From the human T2T-CHM13v2.0 reference genome, Homo sapiens: a stretch of DNA of 64,000 nucleotides. How positions within the stretch are numbered: the stretch's first letter is position 1; each line of letters begins with the position of its first letter. The translations under genes and the position numbers were made by a program. A model generated the notes under the pieces. That model was given only the letters and a program-made list of their open reading frames with translations, searched no databases and had not been told where the DNA came from. Positions 1-15,380 of this stretch are shown here, in pieces. The DNA lies in NCBI RefSeq assembly GCF_009914755.1, contig NC_060926.1; one strand, 5' to 3'.

Positions 1-114
1 GGCCCCTCAATCTTAGACTTCCCAGCCTCCGTATCTGTACAAAATAAATTCCTTTCTTTTTAAATCACCCAGTTTCAGGTACTCTCTTATAAGCAACAGA
101 AAACAGGCTAAGAC
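1..114 (+). mobile_element. MaLR LTR 3' end (MST/MLT1A-like)
   Basis: ttagacttcccagcctcc...aataaattc...cagaaaacaggctaagaca is a typical MaLR LTR terminus. Confidence 0.75.
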
Positions 115-453
115 AAATGTTATCTACAAAGGACTTGCCACAAACATATTACTTAATAGTAAAATGAAAGGTTTTGCTCTGATAATGGGAATGAGATAAA
201 AAATGCCCACTATCATCATTTCTGTAGTACTTGAGGCCAAACCAATACAAATATTCAGATAAAGAAATAATCAGTGTATTGGAAATGAGTAACTGAAACT
301 GTCATTATTCAGAAATAACAAAACTATGTACATAGAAATCAAAGATTCTACAGATAAATTAATATGAGTCGAGAACAATTGCTAGAAATAAGATCAAGAT
401 CAAGATCACTGTATTTCTGTACATCAGCAACATAACAATGAAATTTTAAAATA

Positions 454-2388
454 GCTCTCCCTCTCCCTCTCCCTCTCCCTCTCTTTCCACGGTCTCCCTC
501 TGATGCCGAGCCGAAGCTGGACTGTACTGCTGCCATCTCGGCTCACTGCAACCTCCCTGCCTGATTCTCCTGCCTCAGCCTGCCCAGCGCCTGCCATTGC
601 AGGCGCGCGCCGCCACGCCTGACTGGTTTTCGTATTTTTTTGGTGGAGACGGGGTTTCGCTGTGTTGGCCGGGCTGGTCTCCAGCTCCTAACCGCGAGTG
701 ATCCGCCAGCCTCGGCCTCTCGAGGTGCCGGGATTGCAGACGGAGTCTGGTTCACTCAGCGCTCAATGGTGCCCAGGCTGGAGTGCAGTGGCGTGATCTC
801 GGCTCGCTACAACCTCCACCTCCCAGCCGCCTGCCTTGGCCCCCCAAAGTGCCAAGATTGCAGCCTCTGCCCGGCCGCCACCCCGTCTGGGAAGTGAGGA
901 GCGTCTCTGCCTAGCCGCCCATCGTCTGGGATGTGAGGAGCCCCTCTGCCTGGCTGCCCAGTCTGGAAAATGAGGAGCGTCTCTGCCCGGCCGCTATCCC
1001 ATCTAGGAAGTGAGGAGCGCCTCTTCCCGACCGCCATCCCATCTAGGAAGTGAGGAAGTGAGGAGCGTCTCTGCCCGGCCGCTCATCGTCTGAGATGTGG
1101 GGAGCGCCTCTGCCCCGCCACCCCGTCTGGGATGTGAGGAGCGCCTCTACCCGGCCGCGACCCCGTCTGGGAGGTGAGGAGCGTCTCTGCCCGGCCGCAC
1201 CGTCTGAGAAGTGAGGAGACCCTCCGCCTGGCAACCGCCCCGTCTGAGAAGTGAGGAGCCCCTCCACCCGGCAGCCGCCCCGTCAGAGAAGTGAGGAGCC
1301 CCTCCGCCCGGCAGCCACCCCGTCTGGGAAGTTAGGAGCGTCTACGCCCGGCAGCCAGGAGGGAGGTGGGGGGGTCAGCCAGCCGCCCCGTCCGGGAGGG
1401 AGGTGGGCGAGTCAGCCCCCTGCCCGGCCAGCCGCCCCATCCGGGAGGTGAAGGGCGCCTCTGCCCGGCCGCCCCTACTGGGAAGTGAGGGGCCCCTCTG
1501 CCCGGCCAGCCGCCCTGTCCGGGAGGGAGGTGGGGGGGTCAGCCCCCCGCCCGGCCAGCCGCCCCGTCCGGGAGGGAGGTGGGGGGGTCAGCCCCCCGCC
1601 CGGCCAGCCGCCCCGTCCGGGAGGGAGGTGGGGGGGTCAGCCCCCCGCCCGGCCAGCCGCCCCGTCCGGGAGGGAGGTGGGGGGGTCAGCCCCCCCGCCC
1701 GGCCACCCGCCCCGTCCGGGAGGGAGGTGGGGGGGTCAGCCCCCCGCCCGGCCAGTCGCCCCGTCGGGGAGGTGAGGGGCGCCTCTGCCCGGCTGCCCCT
1801 ACTGGGAAGTGAGGAGCCCCTCTGCCCGGCCACCACCCCGTCTGGGAGGTGTGCCCAGCAGCTCATTGAGAACGGGCCAGGATGACAATGGCGGTTTTGT
1901 GGAATAGAAAGGGGGGAAAGGTGGGGAAAAGATTGAGAGGTTGGATGGTTGCCGTGTCTGTGTAGAAAGAGGTAGACATGGGAGACTTCTCATTTTGTTC
2001 TGTACTATGAAAAATTATTCTGCCTTGGGATCCTGTTGATTGGTGACCTTACCCCCAACCCTGTGCTCTCTGAAACATGTGCTGTGTCCACTCAGGGTTA
2101 AATGGATTAAGGGCGGTGCAAGATGTGCTTTGTTAAACAGATGCTTGAAGGCAGCATGCTCGTTAAAAGTCATCACCACTCCCTAATCTCAAGTACCCCG
2201 GGACACAAACACTGCGGAAGGCCGCAGGGTCCTCTGCCTAGGAAAACCAGAGACCTTTGTTCACTTGTTTATCTGCTGACCTTCCCTCCACTATTGTCCT
2301 ATGACCCTGCCAAATCCCCCTCTGCGAGAAACACCCAAGAATGATCAATAAAAAAAAATAAAAAAATAAAAAAAGAAAAAAAAAAAAA
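454..2388 (+). mobile_element. Full-length SVA retrotransposon (SVA_D-like), antisense to DTNB, in intron 3
   Basis: (CCCTCT)n at 455-485, antisense Alu-like domain ~490-870, GC-rich VNTR ~870-1850, SINE-R ~1850-2350, AATAAA plus A tail. TSD GAAATTTTAAAATA at 440-453 and 2389-2402. Confidence 0.97.
870..1850 (+). repeat. SVA VNTR (~37-40 bp units plus about five ~49 bp GGGAGGGAGGTGGGGGGGTCAGCCCCCCGCCCGGCCAGCC units)
   Basis: Tandem units directly visible; the 49-bp block lies at ~1510-1760. Confidence 0.92.
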
Positions 2389-2427
2389 GAAATTTTAAAA
2401 TAATAGTATCATGTCACTGAAGACCTA

Positions 2428-2745
<318 letters not shown>

Positions 2746-3294
2746 AAAATAAAAAACATCCAATGAAGGATGTGCAACATCTCTACAAAGAAATTAAAGA
2801 CCTAAATAGTTCTAGGGATGACCATATACCACGTTCACAGGAGGAAATCTCAACATTGGCAATATGTCAATTCTCCCCAACTTGATTTACAGATTCAACA
2901 GAATCCCAATCAAAATCTCTGCAGGACTGTACAGTAAAAGAGGAATTTTACTGTGTGTAAATTATACTTGAAAAAAGAAATGAATAAAAAAAACACAGGA
3001 GAGTTGTTTTGTTGGTTTTAGTAGAAATTGGCAAGCAGATTCTAAAGTTTATATGAAAATGAATGTTAAAAAGACAAGACTGTCCCAGAGAATCTTAAAA
3101 AGAAAAGCCGAGCAAAGTAGGAAGACTTGCCTTGCCTGACATCTAGATTTACTAAATTCTAATAGTGGTTACTGCTACAAGAAAGTGCAGTATTAGAACA
3201 GTCTGGTATTGGTAGAAGGATAGACAAACAGACCAGGGAACACAAGAGGGTCAAAAAGCAGACCTTCTCATATATGGACACTGCCATGAACATT

Positions 3295-3597
3295 CTTGTA
3301 CAGATTCATGAATATGTTCATATTCAATGAATGAATATGGGAAGACTCTTTAGCAGTAAAGAAAATTGTTTATTTTCTTCTGTTTATTGACTGTTTAGTG
3401 ACCCTTTCAATAAAAAGTGAAGGAACAACTGAAAATACATATGGAAAAACTTGTACAGATTCATGAATATATTCATATTCAATGAATAAGCATGAGAAGA
3501 CTCTTCAGCATTGAAGAAAATTGTTTATTTTCTTCTGTTTATTGACCCTTTCAACAAAAAGTAAAGGAACAACTGAACATACATATGGAAAAACTTG
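3295..3597. repeat. Tandem duplication, two copies of ~155/145 bp
   Basis: cttgtacagattcatgaatat...catatggaaaaa starts at 3295 and again at 3450. Confidence 0.9.
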
Positions 3598-3819
3598 AAA
3601 ACTGACTACTACTTATCCTGTACAGTCTCAAAATTTTTTTCAGATCAACTCTAGAATCCTACGTGAAAGGTAACAAAATAAAACCTTTAGAACAATGCAT
3701 CTTTTACTTTATATTACTAATGCCACTAGCCTAGTCAGGCTCTCAACACTCCACACGTAGACTACTGTTTCCCAAGAATAATTATGGCAGGAATTATAAA
3801 AACGAGAGTTGTTCTAAGG

Positions 3820-4163
3820 CAGTGGTTTTCGAACTTTTTGACCACGAGCACAGAAATATATTTAAATCATCACATACACACATATACACACAAACACATA
3901 CATATATCTAGATATATAAATATATTTAAATCATCACAGAAATATATTTAAATCATCATGTACACACACAAACACATAGATACATCCAGATATCAGAACA
4001 CATTTAGCCTTACCACATAAGTTGCATTCTAATATTTTATTTTTCTTCCTTTTTTTTCCTATTATATGTTTTTAATTCTGGCTACAGCCCATCAAAATGA
4101 TTTCATGAAGCATTAATGGGTAACAACTCACAATGTAAAAAATAATGCTTTGAGAAACCACTG
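3820..4163. mobile_element. hAT-Charlie family non-autonomous DNA transposon relic with an internal (CA/TA)-rich duplication
   Basis: TIR-like ends cagtggttttc ... gagaaaccactg; aaatatatttaaatcatca occurs three times inside. Confidence 0.6.
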
Positions 4164-4323
4164 GAGAAAGAAACATCACTTCGATCTAGGATGGCATGAT
4201 AAACTCTTCGGAGAGAATTTTAAGTTAAGATTTGTGAGTAAGACTTAAAGTAGAGTAGAATTTATCAGCTGTAACGTGATTTGCCCAAGATTATTTGTTT
4301 ATAATAAATGGCAAAACCAGGTC

Positions 4324-5672
4324 TAACAGAGCCCTCAGAAATAATAGCACACATCTACAACCATCTGATCTTTGACAAACCTGACGAAAACAAGAAATGG
4401 GGAAAGGATTCCCTATTTAATAAATGGTACTGGGAAAACTGGTTAGCCATATGTCAAAAGCTGAAACTGGATCCCTTCCTTACACCTTATACAAAAATTA
4501 ATTCAAGATGGATTAAAGACTTAAATGTTAGACCTAAAACCATAAAAACCCTAGAAGAAAACCTAGGCAATACCATTCAGGACACAGGCATGGGCAAGAA
4601 CTTCATGTCTAAAACACCAAAAGCAATGGCAACAAAATCCAAAATTGACAAATGGGATCTAATTAAACTAAAGAGCTTCTGCACAGCAAAAGAAGCTACC
4701 ATCAGAGTGAACAGGCAATCTACGGAATGGGAGAAAATTTTTGCCACCTACCCATCTGACAAAGGGCTAATATCCAGAATCTACAAAGAACTTAAACAAA
4801 TTTACAAGAAAAAATCAAACAACCCCATCAAAAAGTGGGCGAAGGATATGAACAGACACTTCTCAAAAGAAAACATTTATGCAGCCAACAGACACATGAA
4901 AAAATGCTCATCATCACTGGCCATGAGAGAAATGCAAATCAAAACCACAATGAGATACCATCTCATGCCAGTTAGAATGGCAATCATTAAAAAGTCAGGA
5001 AACAACAGGTGCTGGAGAGGATGTGGAGAAATAGGAACACTTTTACGCTGCTGGTGGGACTGTAAACTAGTTCAACCATTGTGGAAGACAGTGTGGCGAT
5101 TCCTCAAGGATCTAGAACTAGAAATACCATTTGACCCAGCAATCCCATTACTGGGTATATACCCAAAGGATTATAAATCAGGCTGCTATAAAGACACATG
5201 CACACGTATGTTTATTGCAGCACTATTCACAACAGCAAAGACTTGGAACCAACTCAAATGCCCATCAATGATAGACTGGATTAAGAAAATGTGGCACATA
5301 TACACCATGGAATACTATGCAGCCATAAAAAAGGATGAGTTCATGTCCTTTGTAGGGACATGGATGAAGCTGGAAGTCATCATTCTCAGCAAACTATCGC
5401 AAGGACAGAAAAGTGAACACCACATGTTCTCACTCACTGGTGGGAATTGAACAATGAGAACACTTGGACACAGGAAGGGGAATATCACACACCGGGGCCT
5501 GTCATGGGATGGCAGGAGGGGGAGGGATAGCATTAGGAGATATACCTAATGTAAATGACGAGTTAATGGGTGCAGCACACCAACATGGCACATGTATACA
5601 TATGTAACAAACCTGCACGTTGTGCACATGTACCCTAGAACTTAAAGTATAATAAAAAATAAATAAATAAAA
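4324..5672 (+). mobile_element. 5'-truncated primate L1 (about L1PA4-6): ORF2 C-terminus, 3' UTR and A-rich tail
   Basis: ORF 4308-5450 matches L1 ORF2p (LIFDKP...[28 protein letters not shown], ends GGN*). The G-rich 3' UTR and gtaccctagaacttaaagtataataa terminus follow. Confidence 0.95.
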
Positions 5673-6309
5673 ACTAAAACCAAGGTTTTTCAATTCTAAG
5701 GTTAATGCTCTTTCCATTGTATAAAATACTTTTTCCACTGATACACACAAACACGAGAAAAGTACAATAATTCTGTCACGAGCTAGTTCATCTTCATGGA
5801 AATAAAGAGAAGAAAGATTAAGTATATACACACACAGACATACATATACATATATACAGACACACACACACTTTATTTTATGATCCACATGGTAGCAATT
5901 ATTTATAGAAAAGGTTGATTCATGTTACATTAAGCTTAATGAAGAAAATCAATTCCAATTATACCTTTATCAAAAACATTGTTTTTCTTTTCCTCCAGCA
6001 GCTGATAAATTGTATTAATTTTACATAAAGCATTTCCTTAATAAAAGTGACAGAGAAATCCATTCTCCCATTTAAAGAACATTAATACTACAACAGCCTC
6101 AAAACTAGTTACATGACTGAGTTTGTTAAACATTTTGAAGGACAAAGAAGTAAAATGACAAGTTCTTCCATTACAAAGCTTACATACTAATAAATACTTA
6201 AGACAAAAATAATTCAATTAACATTACAATACAACTAAAAGATGTTAAAGTCTTTTCTAATATTGAGAACTCTATCCAGCTATCACAGAAATGAGTAGAA
6301 ATGACTCAC

Positions 6310-6390
6310 GGTTGCATCGTTTTTGTACAAATCGTAATTTGCAGGCTGTTCTGTAAGTTGATAGTCGTATGACATCAAAATTCTGAGCAC
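6310..6390 (-). CDS. DTNB: DTNB second coding exon, 81 nt: (R)[26 protein letters not shown](L), start of dystrophin-family EF-hand region
   Basis: Minus strand reads ttttttcag|GTGCTCAG...TGCAACC|gtgagt, phase 1 to phase 1 and in frame with the 19890-19957 exon. The [13 protein letters not shown] motif is typical of dystrobrevins. Confidence 0.96.
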
Positions 6391-6878
6391 CTGAAAAAAG
6401 GCAAACAGAAATGCTCAACTAGATTTACCATTTAGTTTCCAAACGCTAGGAAATGACTCCATTCTATTGTATTGTCATAGTATACCAGTCAGCTAGGACT
6501 TCTTAAAAACGGTGGGTCAATTAAAACAACAACAGAGGGAGAAAAGGATAGGAAACACGTGCATCTCCAGTATGTGCAGGAACTCTGCTAGTCTAGCTCC
6601 TGATATCCTGTCTGCTCATCGGAGAAAACTCCAGGGGGAGGAACACTTATGAGGTGAGTGAGTGAACTATGATTAGGAAAGGGGAGTAGGGCAGCATCGT
6701 GAGAAAGACCCAAGCCTAGAGTCAGAAAAGCTGCATTCCTGTCCCAGCCTGACCAACCACAGAATACGACTGTGGCCATGCCCCGTGGCTGTGGCCATGC
6801 GGCGTGCCTCTGCACATAAGTGTCCTCATTTGGGAAATGAGGGAACGGACCGGTTGCCTGAAAGGTCCCCTTCCAGTC

Positions 6879-7434
6879 TGTGGCAGCCTGTATTTTCCAA
6901 AAAAAAAAAAAAGCCACAACAATATTTTCAGAACAGTATTTTATGTACTTCTAGTATGTTGTCCCTCTCCATCAAGGTCTAGAGATTCTTTCCTTCCATG
7001 TGAATCTGACCAGGACACTGTGACGGCCTCGCGGCACAGAATGCGGCAGAAGTACAGTGCGGGACTTCTGGAGATAGATGATAACAGACGGCATAGCTTG
7101 CTCTGCTCTTGCTCTTCCGGGATGCTTGTGCTGGGAGCCCAGATGCCATACCGTGAGAAAGCCCAGACTGATGTGGAGAGGCCACAGTGAGAAGATCGTA
7201 CGAAGAAGAACTGAGTCCACCAACCAAACCAGCATCGACTGCCAAACGCGCAGGCGAGCGAGCCTTCAAATGATTCAAGCCCTAAGCCTTTGAGTCTTCT
7301 GCTGAGACCTCAGGCATCATGAAGCAAAGTCAAGATGTCAGCACTGAACGCTGTTCTGAGTCTAGACCCACAAAACGCATAAATAGAATGACTGTTTGAG
7401 GGGTAAGCGATATATGGCCAGAGTAACTAGAACA
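6879..7434 (+). mobile_element. MLT1F/G-type MaLR solo LTR
   Basis: tgtggcag start, tgccat..gtgagaaagccca and gtggagaggccac motifs, gtaactagaaca end. Confidence 0.7.
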
Positions 7435-7924
7435 AAGCCTAAAATTATACATGAGTCTATAAATCACATTTTGTTCTCATTTTAATTGCTGCAAATGAAG
7501 TCTCCTTGAATTTTAAGACCACTGTAGATAGGATTGGCCCCCAATGTGAGATTTCACCTATCCTTCCTTTATAAAATTTGGCAGCAAGTTTTGACTCAAT
7601 AAGGGGACAGAGAACTGGCACAAATTATCTTGTATCAGTATTTATAGGCATCTCTCATTTGTCTTCATTACACGGTATGGAGGCGGGGGGTGGAGGGGGT
7701 TAAAGGAAGGATTTTTCCAGGTTTTTGGTTTTTGTATACTGAACAAAAAGTGAAGGTTTATCTTAGTCTGACTTCAATCAACCTTCCTCCTGATGTCATG
7801 ATTAAAATTATTTCCTCAGGGGATACCTGGTTCTCACAAAATATTTATCCCTCTCTCTCTCTGTATTATACAGTCCCACTTTCTCTTTTTAAATATAAAA
7901 GCTTTATTAAAATATAATTCAAAG

Positions 7925-8288
<364 letters not shown>

Positions 8289-8744
8289 TCACAAAAGTCC
8301 AAAGATAACTATAATACTTTCGGAAAATGATAAGCTCCATACGCTCCAGCCAAGTTTGCCAGAGATCTCTACACTGAAGTTTCAGGTACAGTCACGAATC
8401 AAGGGTCACTCTGCTTTCCTTTGCCATTGTTCCTTATGAACATGCATCACCATAAAGCCCAGTGGAAAAAGGGTACAGAGATTAGTAGGATGGCACACAA
8501 TTCAGAAACTCTAGGGAGCCGTGCCACAACAGCATTTTAGAAATCTAATAACACTCCAAATCCCAAAATAATTTGTAAAGAGTTAGATGCAAACAATAGC
8601 CTTAGAATCTTATTAAAATCATATTGTGCCAACATTCTACTAATCAGATTCTAAAACCTCCCATATGTCTGCCTTTTTCTGGAGCAATCATCTTTCCTGG
8701 TTTCTTAGAAGGAAAGTCCTCATCCATTACCTCAAAGGATATTT

Positions 8745-8858
8745 TATTTTATTTTATTTTTTTGCCCAGGATGGTCTCAAGCTCCTGAGCTCAAGTGACC
8801 CTCCCACTTCAGCATCCTGAGTAGCTGGAATTACAGGCATAAGCCCACCATGCCTGGC
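8745..8858 (-). mobile_element. FLAM / Alu monomer
   Basis: Reverse-complement left-arm Alu sequence. Confidence 0.75.
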
Positions 8859-9082
8859 AACTACTCCTTGCAAAACTCCACAACTACTTCCAAATATTTC
8901 TTATTTGAGATATTGGCCCAAAGCTGATTCCCACTGACAGCTTCCTATATTTTGTGTAACTGTGCTTTCGTGAAAAAGGATACAGTTCTACTCTGTTAAC
9001 ATGTTGAAGAAAAATGCAACCTCAGATGAGATTTTAGTGCACTGCAAACACCTTTGATTTCCAGACAAGGGAAGAGTTTTAG

Positions 9083-9415
<333 letters not shown>

Positions 9416-9589
9416 CAAAGTCTTTTTATGAGTAAAAAGATATAAATAATACAAGTGAGATAAGTAACAGCCAATTTGGCATGCCTGTGCACGTGTGTGT
9501 GTATATGTGTATGTGTGTGTGTTGATAGGAGAAGGCAGGATATGAAGCTAAATCTTCTAACTCCAATCACAGTGAAGATCATATGATGC

Positions 9590-10765
<1,176 letters not shown>

Positions 10766-11048
10766 CGTTAAAATTGGGAAGTTGTGTTGCTAGTGCAAAA
10801 AACTCTGATCTACTTTCTCCTAAAAACATACAAAATCAAAAAGTTAGACAAACTGTAGATAGAATTTTGGACATTAGCAAAGAAAAGCTGACAGAGGAGG
10901 ACAATCAAAGTAGAGGGGAAGCCACCTCCTTTTAGTATTCTGTGTATTACACGCTCATGCTTTTAGTATTATTCAAGTAGGGCAGAGGACTCCACACTGC
11001 GTTCCAGGAAGCCATGGGTTTTGAGGGAGGTGCTCAGCCAATCTAATC

Positions 11049-11597
11049 TGTCAGAGGTATTTGAACCAGAGCAACCCCACCCTACCTAGGGGCTTGGTAA
11101 AATGAGGCCAAGACCAACTGGGCTGCATTCCTAGACAGTTAAGGCATTGTAAGTCACAGGATGAGATAGGAGGTCAGCCCAAGATACAGGTCATAAAGAC
11201 CTTGCTGATAAAACGGGTTGCAGTAAAGAAGCCACCTAAAACCCACCAAAACCAAGATGGTGACAAGAGTAACCTCTGGTGGTCCTCACTGCTATACTCC
11301 CACCAGGGCCATGACAGTTTTCAGATGCCATGACAACATCAGGAAGTTACCCTAGATGGTCTAAAAAGGGGAGGCATGAATAATCCACCTCTTGTTTAGC
11401 ATATCATTAAGAAATAACCATAAAAATGGGCAACCAGCAGCCCTTGTGGCTACTCTGTCTATGGAGTAGCCATTCTTTTATTCCTCTACTTTCTTAATAA
11501 GCTTGCTTTCACTTTACGGACGCACTGAGAATTCTTTCTTGCGTGAGATCCAAGAGCCTTCTCTTGGGATCTGGATCGGGACCCCTTTCCTGTAACA
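11049..11597 (+). mobile_element. MER41A ERV1 solo LTR
   Basis: TG...CA ends (tgtcagaggtatttgaaccagagc ... cccctttcctgtaaca), 4-bp TSD aatc/aacc. Lacks the MER41B GAS block between aaaaaggggagg and catgaataatcc. Confidence 0.88.
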
Positions 11598-11768
11598 AAC
11601 CCATGGAAGATACAGGAAGTAAGTGTATTGTGTTTAAAATGCAATGCAAATGGGGAGAGGAGGAAAAAAGGAAGAAGGGAGAAGAGATATAGAGCTAGAA
11701 GATGTAAGCATAATATAATGCTAAATTGTCTGAAATTTTTCACAACCATTTATGATTGAAAAAATTTT

Positions 11769-12093
<325 letters not shown>

Positions 12094-12396
12094 TTATTAG
12101 TTCAAATAACTAACACAAATGACTTCCTTATCTTTTTCTTTGCAATAAGAATAAAAACCCTGGGGGACAGAGATGAGGCCAGAGGTCCCACCAGAGAGGA
12201 AGATACAAATACAACCAAGACCACTGAATACTGTAAGGATGACTCTCTCAGTGGGTGAACTAGGAAAAAAAGAGAAAGCATCCCACAAAGGGAAATGCTG
12301 GGGACACAAGCCTTTGTCCACCTTGATTTAGACTTAAATTTATCTGAATTTAACAAAAATAAGAATAATAGCAAGCAAAGAAAGTGGTAACTAAAT

Positions 12397-13037
12397 GGCT
12401 GGGTGCAGTGGCTCATGCCTGTAATCCCAGCACGTTGGGAGGCTGAGGCAGGCAGATCACTTGAGTTCAGGAGTTTGAGACCTGGCTGGCCAACTGGGCA
12501 AAACCCCGTCACTACTAGAAATACAAAAATTAGCTGGGTGTGGTGGTGCACGCCTGTAATCCCAGCTACTTGAGAGGGTGAGGCATGAGAACTGCTTGAG
12601 CTGAGATTGAGCCATTGCACTCCAGCCTGGGTGACAGAGCAAGACTCCATCACAAAAAAAAAAAAAGAAAAAAAAAGAAAGTAATAACTAAATGGACTGG
12701 ATTACAAAAAATAATAACAAAATCTAATCTGTGGGGTAAAAAAGAGATTTTTTTTTTAACAGGGTCTCACTCACCCAGGCATTGAAGTGCAGTTTCACAA
12801 TCTCAGCTCACTGTAACGTTGACTTCCCAGGCTCAAGCAATCCTTCCACCTCTCAGCCTCCTTAGTAGCTGGGACTACAAAAACATGCCACCACACCTGG
12901 CTAATTTTTGTATTTTTCTAGAGACAAGGTTTCACCATGTTGCCCAGGCTGGTCTCAAACTCCTAGGCTCAAGCAATCCACCTGCCTCAGCCTCCCAAAG
13001 TGCTGGAATTACAGGCATGAGCCACTGCACCTGGTCC
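12397..13037. mobile_element. Tail-to-tail Alu pair (12397-12680 +, 12748-13037 -)
   Basis: Two dimeric Alus in opposite orientation with a ~70 bp spacer; first has TSD aagaaagt..taactaaat. Confidence 0.9.
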
Positions 13038-13254
13038 TTAAAAAAAGATAATACTAAAAATGGTATAAATTTCATTAAGGGGGTACCCTAAAATATTCCA
13101 ATACCCTCATATTTGAAAAAAGTTACAAATATTGATAAGCTATATTTTAATTGATGTTAATATTTCTAGGGTAAAGAAAAGAAAAATATACAACTCACAA
13201 CCAAGTAGAGGGAAACAATGGGATGGAAGGAAGAAAGCAAGCTCAGTTCCTCTA

Positions 13255-14211
<957 letters not shown>

Positions 14212-14229
14212 GAAAATATGAAATATATG

Positions 14230-15380
14230 TGTATTCATTAAAAAGGCTAGACAAAATAAACTCTTCAGTGACAAGGCAAAGACTGCCATATTAGTTTTTT
14301 TCTAAATATTCTAGCTTATGCTACTTACAAGAGACAAAAACATAAGAATTAAGAAATTTAAGTAAAAGAATGAAAAGATGCATACTGTACTAAGTATGCT
14401 AACTGAAAGAAAGCCAGCATTAGCTCTATCAATATGCTACAAAATAGACTTCAAAGCATCAAAAGCATTACTAGAAAAAGAGGGTAACTACACAATGACA
14501 AAGGATTCACTTTCCTAGATAGACATAACATTTTAAAGGTACATGCATCCAAGAATTAAAGTTCTAAAAGCTAACAGAAGTACAGGGAAAAAATTAATAC
14601 TCTTGATCAAAGCAGAAATATTTAACATCTTTCAGTGATTAAGATCAAGCAATCAAATCACCAAGGACAAAAAAGATTTTAATGAAATATGCAAAAAGCT
14701 TGATCTAAATAATGCATAAATCATACACATTATTTTCAAGTACTCATGGAATATTTGGAAAAACACAAAACATAAATTAACAAATTCAAAGATTCTAGAT
14801 CTTCTCACATTTCCTGACCCAAAACCCAATTAAGCTATACAGGTTTTTTTAACTAAAACATTTACTTTCAAATTTAAAAAGATACTCCAGCCAGGTGCGG
14901 TGGCCCACGCTTGTAATCCCAGCACTTTGGGAAGCCGAGGTGGGAGGATCGCTTGAGCCTTGGAGTTCAAGACCAGCCTGGGCAACAGAGCAATACCCTG
15001 TCTCTATCAATCAGCCAATCAACCAACCAACTGATCAATAAAAAGATATTTTTAAGTAATTAATAATAAAAATTAGAGGAAATAGAGAACTGATTATGAA
15101 AAATAGTAAATATCAGAACACTTGGGATGCAAAAAAAAAAATCACAGGAAAGTTTATTCTTAAATGCTTACATAAGAAAAAAAAGGCTGAAAACAAATGG
15201 CCTTAGTAACCCAACATAAGTTGTTAGAAAAATAACAGAATTGCCTAAATAGGAAGAGGAAAATACACAGCACAAATGAGGCAGAGAACAAAGATACACA
15301 AAGAGGACCAATAAAGCCAAAAGTCAGTCCAATAAAATTGGCAAACTTTAGAAAAGACAAAATAAAATCAGAATCTCTGA
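14230..15380 (+). mobile_element. Old L1M ORF2 (endonuclease-region) fragments with FLAM at ~14890-15010
   Basis: Degenerate motifs ctacaagagaca, aaaatagacttcaaagca, tttcaagtactcatggaa, cttaaatgcttacat. Confidence 0.6.

Noticed and set aside
1510-1760. Regular ~49-bp repeats that could be mistaken for a CRISPR-like array
   Set aside because: No unique spacers; this is the SVA VNTR in a primate genome.
543-2344. Overlapping Pro/Gly/Arg-rich ORFs (up to 160 aa)
   Set aside because: All lie within the SVA Alu-like, VNTR or SINE-R domains; they are stop-poor GC repeats.
4308-5450. 380-aa ORF as a host gene or active L1
   Set aside because: Only the ORF2 C-terminus is present, with no promoter, ORF1, EN or RT, and the CCHC histidine is mutated.
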